Shown here in pieces: positions 56,140-61,788 of a DNA stretch of 61,788 nt. Each line of letters opens with the position of its first letter. The stretch's first letter is position 1. A program made the translations under genes and the position numbers. The notes under the pieces are model-generated. The model did not search any database and was not told the origin of the DNA. It was given only the letters and a program-made list of their open reading frames with translations. Origin of the DNA: a virus (Duplodnaviria > Caudoviricetes); the IMG/VR virus record IMGVR_UViG_3300021062_000016, positions 1 through 61,788 of that record; one strand, written 5' to 3'.

Positions 56140-56996
56140 TGCAAAGCACAGGGACGCTGGGCAGGGTCAGATACCTGCCTGTGTCCCTTTACGCCGCTGG
56201 CTTGGTTCTCCTCGTCATTTCCCTGTTCCGCCCCGAAGCCGTCATCACCTGGCTTGCCCCAAGAGCCACCGTGATTCTCGCGATGGACATCTCCGGCTCC
56301 ATGCTGGCGGAGGATGTAAAGCCCACTCGTATTGACGCTGCAAGAGAAGCCGCCCGGGGATTCATCGCCGAACAGCCCGATGACGTGATGATCGGCTTGG
56401 TCGCGTTTGCCGAGTCCTCCCTCCTCGTCCAACCCCCAACCCACGACAAGGAGGCGTTGAGCCGAGCAATCGGCAGCTTGGAAGCGCAACCCGGAACCGC
56501 TGTTGGGTCCGGGATACTCCAAGCCCTCCAAGCTTTGGAGCCTCTAGCCGTACCGGACGACGACGAGCCGACGGCACCCGATCAACTCCAAGTCCCCGGC
56601 TCCAACCAGTCCTCCATCATCATCCTGATGACGGACGGCCAGACCACAAACGGCCCCGACCCGATCGACAGCGCCAGACTCACGTCCCACTACGGCATCC
56701 GCGTTTACACCGTGGGATTCGGAACCACGGAAGGAACGCTCGTCCCCATGGGCGAACGATTCCTCCACGTGGATATGGATGAAGCGACTCTCCGAACGGT
56801 CGCCGACATCACCCGGGCCAAATACTTCCATGCTTCGGATGGTGAGCAACTGAGACACGTCTACTCCACCCTGACCCGCGAGTTCATCGAGGGCAGGGCC
56901 AGAACGGAACTTACTGCTCTCTTCTGCCTCGCCGCAGCGATCCTCATCACCTTCGCTGTTTTCATCTCCCTCGGCCTCACCGGCCGCCCGCTCTAA
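56139..56996 (+). CDS. VWA-domain membrane protein (BatA-like)
   Basis: MIDAS DISGS, GTAVG, TDG; N- and C-terminal TM. Confidence 0.88.
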   Translation: MQSTGTLGRVRYLPVSLYAAGLVLLVISLFRPEAVITWLAPRATVILAMDISGSMLAEDVKPTRIDAAREAARGFIAEQPDDVMIGLVAFAESSLLVQPPTHDKEALSRAIGSLEAQPGTAVGSGILQALQALEPLAVPDDDEPTAPDQLQVPGSNQSSIIILMTDGQTTNGPDPIDSARLTSHYGIRVYTVGFGTTEGTLVPMGERFLHVDMDEATLRTVADITRAKYFHASDGEQLRHVYSTLTREFIEGRARTELTALFCLAAAILITFAVFISLGLTGRPL

Positions 56997-57015
56997 CCCA
57001 CAATCGAGGTCCCCA

Positions 57016-57909
57016 ATGAACCAGGTTCTCGGAACCCGGGCCGTATCCACGCGCCCTGGGAAGATCGTTGATGGACTCAGCTTCCCTCCAAGCAACGTCG
57101 AGACTCCCGCCGGAAACCTCAGCATCCTGCAAAACGCAGGGGAGGTGATACTCGAACCCTTCCCCCACATCGTGATTCACGATGCATTACCGGCTGACTT
57201 GTACAAAGCCCTGGCAGAGTCGCGCATCTCCGGCGACGACATCTCCCAAAACCGCAGGCATATGAACAACATGCGCGTGGATGTGAACACCGCCTCACTC
57301 CTGCGGTCCAGCGGCCTCGCCCCGGTGTGGAAAGATTTCATCACCTACCACACGTCCAATGCTTTCTGGCAGGAGGTGGTGACCAAGTTCGGCCCCGCGA
57401 TTTCAAACAACTACCCCACCCTCGATCGCTTCCTCGGAGATCTTCGGACTTTACCCACTGGCGTCCGCTTCCGCGACAACTGCGCCATCCACATGGAGTG
57501 CCAGATCGGCGTGAACACGCCGGTGTTTGGAATGAGCCGCGTCCGCGGCCCCCACTTGGACAACCCCCTCGAGCTCTTCGCCGGCCTGCTCTACATGCGG
57601 GACGAGGACGACGAAGACACGACGGGGGGAGATTTCCTGATTCACAGCCTCATCCATCAACCCAGCTTCTACGGCAAGGCGGAGATCGAGGACTACTGCG
57701 TCCGCCTCCATTCCCAGGTGCGGTATGGATCAAACGTGTTCGTCGCCTTCATCAACACACCAGTAGCCGTACATTCGGTGAGGGAACGCGCCCCGACGAA
57801 GCGGTACCGTAACCTCGTCAACTTCGCAGCCGAACTCTCCGTTCCCCTCTACGACTTCAACCTTGCCAAGCAGCAATGGAACCGGCGGAGCTGGGGCGCT
57901 ACCGCTTAG
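57016..57909 (+). CDS. 2OG-Fe(II) oxygenase
   Basis: EPFPHIVI.D.LP; HLD; GG; HSV; R..VN. Confidence 0.85.
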   Translation: MNQVLGTRAVSTRPGKIVDGLSFPPSNVETPAGNLSILQNAGEVILEPFPHIVIHDALPADLYKALAESRISGDDISQNRRHMNNMRVDVNTASLLRSSGLAPVWKDFITYHTSNAFWQEVVTKFGPAISNNYPTLDRFLGDLRTLPTGVRFRDNCAIHMECQIGVNTPVFGMSRVRGPHLDNPLELFAGLLYMRDEDDEDTTGGDFLIHSLIHQPSFYGKAEIEDYCVRLHSQVRYGSNVFVAFINTPVAVHSVRERAPTKRYRNLVNFAAELSVPLYDFNLAKQQWNRRSWGATA

Positions 57910-58108
57910 CCTTCACGGGCTTCATCCCCACCGACTTCCGCATGGCGTTCGCCTCATCCCAGGCGTGGGCGTCCTCCCGCTCCTGACGGAGATCCCGGAT
58001 TGGCAGGTCGGCTATGGCCGTCAAGTCGGCTACCCGCCGGCGGGTCTTGCGCAGCTTGTTCCCTGGACCGATTTTGTAGAGCGGGATGGTGCGGGGCTTC
58101 TTTGCCAT
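57899..58108 (-). CDS. Small basic hypothetical protein
   Basis: ORF; start uncertain. Confidence 0.45.
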   Translation of the reverse strand: MAKKPRTIPLYKIGPGNKLRKTRRRVADLTAIADLPIRDLRQEREDAHAWDEANAMRKSVGMKPVKAKR

Positions 58109-58133
58109 AACCGACATTGTACAATGCCGTCCC

Positions 58134-58403
58134 ATGCCGTCCATATCAGACCCCGACCTTACTTTCGCTGACGCCCAATCCCAGGGCTACACCCACCTGG
58201 TGACCACCTGCCACTGCCAGCAGGTGACCCATTGGCCTTGGAAGCTCCTGAAGGTGCCCATGAGCACCACCCTGGGCGACATGATGAGAAAGGGCCGCTG
58301 TCGGCGGGCGGATTGCCGCAAACCGCCAGTCAGCGTCGTGGCGTGGAGGAACGCTCCGATAGAGGACGAGCTGGCGAAGAACCGCGCTTCATCTGGCGGA
58401 TGA
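58134..58403 (+). CDS. Zinc-finger-like hypothetical protein
   Basis: CHC...CRRADC. Confidence 0.55.
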   Translation: MPSISDPDLTFADAQSQGYTHLVTTCHCQQVTHWPWKLLKVPMSTTLGDMMRKGRCRRADCRKPPVSVVAWRNAPIEDELAKNRASSGG

Positions 58404-58572
58404 GCCTGACCCACCGGTCGCAGGTGAGGGCGATGGGGTGCTCGTTCCCAACAGCCACGGCCTCGAGGCGCTCAACCGTGCAGCCACAGACCTCGGCAAT
58501 GGCTTCGTCGCTGTACCCGTCCTGGCGGGCCCAGGCGATTATCATGCGAACGTTTCGGGGTGTGGCGGGCAT
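58330..58572 (-). CDS. Small HTH-like hypothetical protein
   Basis: GYSDEAIAEVCGCT. Confidence 0.45.
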   Translation of the reverse strand: MPATPRNVRMIIAWARQDGYSDEAIAEVCGCTVERLEAVAVGNEHPIALTCDRWVRLIRQMKRGSSPARPLSERSSTPRR

Positions 58573-58611
58573 CTGGCACAGATAGGCCAGACGGACCGCG
58601 GCGCCACGGGG

Positions 58612-58821
58612 CTAGGGTTGAGTTGTGGGCGGTGGACTCACTGGTCCCAACAACTTCCTCACGTCCTCTTTCGTCCCGCACAGCAGAAGCAGCTTACCGT
58701 GTGGTGGATCCAGGTCTATTTGGAAAGCAGCGCTTCCTGTGTGCTCGAATAGGTCCAGGGCTGATTGACGGAGCTGCTTCGCAAGCTTCTCTCTACGGGC
58801 GTTCCAGAGTTGGTCGGTCAT
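58612..58821 (-). CDS. Hypothetical protein
   Basis: ORF in leftward cluster. Confidence 0.55.
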   Translation of the reverse strand: MTDQLWNARREKLAKQLRQSALDLFEHTGSAAFQIDLDPPHGKLLLLCGTKEDVRKLLGPVSPPPTTQP

Positions 58822-58843
58822 GGGGTGCGGCGCTTAGGTGCCC

Positions 58844-59065
58844 CTAGTGCTTCCATTTGAACGAGCAGACGACCGCAGCGAGGAGCAGTTTGGTGGCCAC
58901 CGTCAATGCAGCCCAGGGGGGCAGCGCAACCCATTTACCGAAGCGGCCCTGCAGTAACATCAGCGTTACTTCTCCGTTTTCGCCGCTCACCTTGACATCC
59001 ACGCGGCCGGAATGCTCTAGCGTGGCAGTCGCACCCTCAACGTCTTTCTTCACCGTGTCACGCAT
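58844..59065 (-). CDS. Hypothetical protein with C-terminal hydrophobic segment
   Basis: GAGG RBS. Confidence 0.5.
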   Translation of the reverse strand: MRDTVKKDVEGATATLEHSGRVDVKVSGENGEVTLMLLQGRFGKWVALPPWAALTVATKLLLAAVVCSFKWKH

Positions 59066-59133
59066 TGCCAAGCCTCTTCCTGTTCACGCGCCATAAGGCG
59101 CGTATAACCCCATGATATACGCACTAGCGTATA

Positions 59134-59520
59134 TTACCGGAGGCTATCCATAAATTCGCCCCACAGGCCCTTGTTGAGGATGAAGTCGTCACGGCTGTTC
59201 AGATTCCGTTCAAGCTGAGTGATCCTATCGTCTCTTTGGTCGATGGTGGCGAACAGCCGCAATTCGCACACCGCTGCTGAAATCAGTTTCGGGTTGTCCT
59301 CCCTTATTTTCCGCCACTGCTTCAATTCTTCTGCCGTCAGTGGCTCTGCTGTCCCTGGCTTGTCATTGCTGCTGCCGTCGCATCTCACGGCATGGCGCAG
59401 GAAGTCATCGGTTAGGTGCTCGCCGCGTCCAAGCCTCGCGAGGAAATCAGCGCATTCGGCGCCCATATCAGCATCAGCGTTGGGCTCTCCTGTCGGAGTC
59501 GGGGGTGTGGAGGTGGTCAT
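59134..59520 (-). CDS. Hypothetical protein
   Basis: GAGG RBS. Confidence 0.55.
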   Translation of the reverse strand: MTTSTPPTPTGEPNADADMGAECADFLARLGRGEHLTDDFLRHAVRCDGSSNDKPGTAEPLTAEELKQWRKIREDNPKLISAAVCELRLFATIDQRDDRITQLERNLNSRDDFILNKGLWGEFMDSLR

Positions 59521-59774
59521 GGCAAGCACCTCTTACCTTTGTGCATACGCCACTTAATTGCTTGGAACGGCTTGCCCGTCAAAAAGTTGAGCCGGTCCCG
59601 CACCTGTGCGTCTTGCCACGGCGGGCGCTTGTGACAGAGCCGAGTGCGGCGCAGTCGGTTCCTCCATCTCGGGCGTAAGCGTAGCCTGATGTCTTCAAGA
59701 AACGAGCGGTGGCGGGCCTCAAAATATTCATGCCGCGCCTCGGCGCTCCATCCGCGGAAGTAAGGGTCACTCAT
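59517..59774 (-). CDS. Hypothetical protein
   Basis: AAGGA RBS, coupled. Confidence 0.5.
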   Translation of the reverse strand: MSDPYFRGWSAEARHEYFEARHRSFLEDIRLRLRPRWRNRLRRTRLCHKRPPWQDAQVRDRLNFLTGKPFQAIKWRMHKGKRCLP

Positions 59775-59835
59775 CTATACGTCCTTCCCTGTGGTGGCTT
59801 GGGATGGGGGCAAGCGCCACTAAGCCCAGAGGGTG

Positions 59836-60048
59836 TCATGGCTTCACCTTGCGCGGGTCTTCGCTGTCCAGCAAAAACGACGGTGCGCCAGCTTCTGCAA
59901 CGGCGATTGCCTTCTCTTCACTGAGGTACGCGACGTGGTAATAATCCGGCGGAGTGAATGTCGGATAGTCTCGAAGCTGAAGCTTGTAGGCGCGCTTTGC
60001 GTCTCCCTTCGCTTCAAGATCAGATGATTTTCTAATGATGAGGTCCAT
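59836..60048 (-). CDS. Hypothetical protein
   Basis: GGAGG RBS. Confidence 0.6.
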   Translation of the reverse strand: MDLIIRKSSDLEAKGDAKRAYKLQLRDYPTFTPPDYYHVAYLSEEKAIAVAEAGAPSFLLDSEDPRKVKP

Positions 60049-60414
60049 CTACCTCCCTCCTTCCGCTGGAGTGGGGAGGGAGGCGAGGGCGTCTCGCAAC
60101 TGGCCCCACTCATGGTACGTGTAGCCGTTCACGCAGTTCGGCATTTTGTCGGTGCTGGATAGATTGTTGATGCAGCGCGCCGCCTCCACCACTCTTTCCA
60201 TCGCGTCGATCTGATCGAGCATGGAGGTGATGACTTCGGGGGAACAGGCGGCGAAAAATGAGGCGTCATTATCGCCGTTCTCATTATGGAACTTGCAGAT
60301 GGAGTATCCGCGCGCATCGAATACCGCGTGGTTCTCTCCGTGCCCAACGTGATGTAGCCCAGGCGTCGCCTTCCCCGCCAACTCCCGCAGGGCCGCTCTT
60401 TCGTCGGGGGTCAT
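60049..60414 (-). CDS. Ead/Ea22-like protein
   Basis: LRELAGKATPG...NDASFFAACSPEVI.SMLD. Confidence 0.75.
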   Translation of the reverse strand: MTPDERAALRELAGKATPGLHHVGHGENHAVFDARGYSICKFHNENGDNDASFFAACSPEVITSMLDQIDAMERVVEAARCINNLSSTDKMPNCVNGYTYHEWGQLRDALASLPTPAEGGR

Positions 60415-60725
60415 GGAATAACCCCCAGAGGCTTCCATCGCGTAATGCACTGATCCGGGATGAACTTCCCGAATGTTGTTCTCCAGCCATCGACCTTGTA
60501 GGCTGCTTCCACAATATGTTCCTTGCACCAATTACTTGGCATGACGACGTAGAGCAGGACGTGAGTGCCGTCCCTCGGGGCCGTGTCCATTTGTTGCCAC
60601 TTCGCGGTCTCCAGCAATCGCGACCCGAGCGCCTTCAGCCGATCCATTGAATATCGGCGCTTGCCTGATTGGTTAAGAAGCTGGCGTTCAAATTCTCCAA
60701 TTTCCGCGCCACTGATAGCTGCCAT
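60411..60725 (-). CDS. DUF551-like protein
   Basis: WQQMDTAPRDGTHVLL...TRWKPL. Confidence 0.7.
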   Translation of the reverse strand: MAAISGAEIGEFERQLLNQSGKRRYSMDRLKALGSRLLETAKWQQMDTAPRDGTHVLLYVVMPSNWCKEHIVEAAYKVDGWRTTFGKFIPDQCITRWKPLGVIP

Positions 60726-61243
60726 CACCCTTTTCCCTTCAGCTTGGCGTCGGCCTCGTCTAGCCAAGTTCGAAGCGGCTTCGGTACCGCAAACGTCTCG
60801 CGTAAATGCGTCGCCAACTCTTCCCTCGTCATCCCCTTCCCCGGTGCTGGTGTGGTGGGCTGAGAGGAGAGGGAGCGGATGCGTGTCGCAAGTCCGAACG
60901 GTGAAAATGGCGTTTCGTGTTTGTACACCTCTGCCAACTTCGCCGCTTCCTCCAGCGCCTCAGCCCGCGCGAGTGTCAGGGCTTTGGTGATGAAAGCTGT
61001 TGCTGCGTGTACGTTGTCGTTATTGAAGCGGCCCCCTTCTACGCACTTCTTCATTATGTAAAGCGCCAACTCCCGCGCTCTATCTTCCATTGTCGCGGTC
61101 ACTTCACCTACTTCCAGGGCCTGGGCGACGACTTCTGTAGCCCGATGATAGTTGGCGCCGTTTACCACGCATGGGTTTAAATTCAGCGCATCAAAGACAG
61201 ACGCCAGCAACTTCCTCGCGCTCTCCATGTCTGGCTGGGTCAT
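60725..61243 (-). CDS. Hypothetical protein
   Basis: ARAEALEEAAKLAE..IRSL motif. Confidence 0.65.
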   Translation of the reverse strand: MTQPDMESARKLLASVFDALNLNPCVVNGANYHRATEVVAQALEVGEVTATMEDRARELALYIMKKCVEGGRFNNDNVHAATAFITKALTLARAEALEEAAKLAEVYKHETPFSPFGLATRIRSLSSQPTTPAPGKGMTREELATHLRETFAVPKPLRTWLDEADAKLKGKG

Positions 61244-61383
61244 GCGAGTTCCTTCCATGGCCTGGTGTAGGGACAGCTATCGCAATGCCAGAGCGCGTCC
61301 CTGTACGCGGCAAAGTCATGGATCATGTACCGTCCACCGCAAACAAACGCATGGTGGAGCCAGAGTTGTATTCTCCTAATCAT
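61240..61383 (-). CDS. Small Cys-containing hypothetical protein
   Basis: ATGA coupling both ends. Confidence 0.5.
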   Translation of the reverse strand: MIRRIQLWLHHAFVCGGRYMIHDFAAYRDALWHCDSCPYTRPWKELA

Positions 61384-61598
61384 CTCTTCCCCTCTTCGTC
61401 CGTCCCTGGGGTCTTGCGGGTGAGGGTGGCTAACTTTTCCAGGGTGGCCGACAATTCCCATGCCCTGCTGTTCGCCGCACCCTTGAACACATCCGATCCT
61501 TTCGCGCGCACAATGTCGCGAAAGGTGTCGCGAGCCCTCGTTACCGCGCGGATGATCTCCTCCACCTCTGCGTCACTCGGGGAGTGGGATGGGGTCAT
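61380..61598 (-). CDS. Hypothetical protein
   Basis: AGGA RBS. Confidence 0.55.
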   Translation of the reverse strand: MTPSHSPSDAEVEEIIRAVTRARDTFRDIVRAKGSDVFKGAANSRAWELSATLEKLATLTRKTPGTDEEGKR

Positions 61599-61662
61599 GA
61601 TGGAATCCTATATGGGGGTAGTGGGCCAAGGGGCGCGGCTTAGGCCGCTGGGGTCGGGCATC

Positions 61663-61788
61663 GCAGACGCTTGCGAAGCTCAATGAGGTCCGGCGGCATC
61701 CGGTCGTAAAGCTTGCACCATTCGGCCATTGTTTCTTCCGGGGCATCCGGGGCGAGCGCAACGACAACATCGTCTATGCGCCAGAACA
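61663..61788. repeat. Terminal direct repeat, right copy
   Basis: Identical to 20-145. Confidence 0.95.

Larger units (their letters stand above)
1..61788. mobile_element. Complete temperate phage genome (podovirus-like, alphaproteobacterial host inferred), circular/excised form
   Basis: Terminal repeat, integrase plus intact attP-like site, cI/cro, terminases, portal, capsid, tail and ejection genes; no flanking host housekeeping genes. Confidence 0.95.

Noticed and set aside
56139-56996. Ro60/Rsr partner for the Y-like RNA
   Set aside because: No TROVE domain; membrane-anchored BatA-like VWA

Overview
The window is an essentially complete, circularly assembled ~61.6-kb temperate podovirus-like phage: 20-145 equals 61663-61788 (126 bp), and an intact attP-like site follows the integrase. 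The host is probably an alphaproteobacterium, judging by GcrA, GapR/DUF2312 and a tRNA-Arg-like att core. Layout: a leftward early operon (ERF, SSB, xis, tyrosine integrase) whose orientation continues across the contig join into 58.3-61.6 kb; a cI/cro switch with palindromic operators; rightward early/replication genes; terminases, portal, scaffold and an N4-gp56-type capsid; short-tail and ejection proteins including a 2567-aa polyvalent protein; and a late accessory/lysis block (phosphoesterase, DUF5664, TPR-glycosyltransferase, DUF5675, VWA, 2OG-Fe(II) oxygenase). Three observations stand out: (1) about 23 GC-stem hairpins with a C-NYAA-G loop, concentrated in the leftward early region on both strands; (2) a circularly permuted tRNA mimic with a capped acceptor stem at 465-654; (3) a GIY-YIG nuclease fused to a copy of the integrase N-terminal (arm-binding) domain, lying between int and attP. 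All family calls come from motif recognition by eye; no database search was run.
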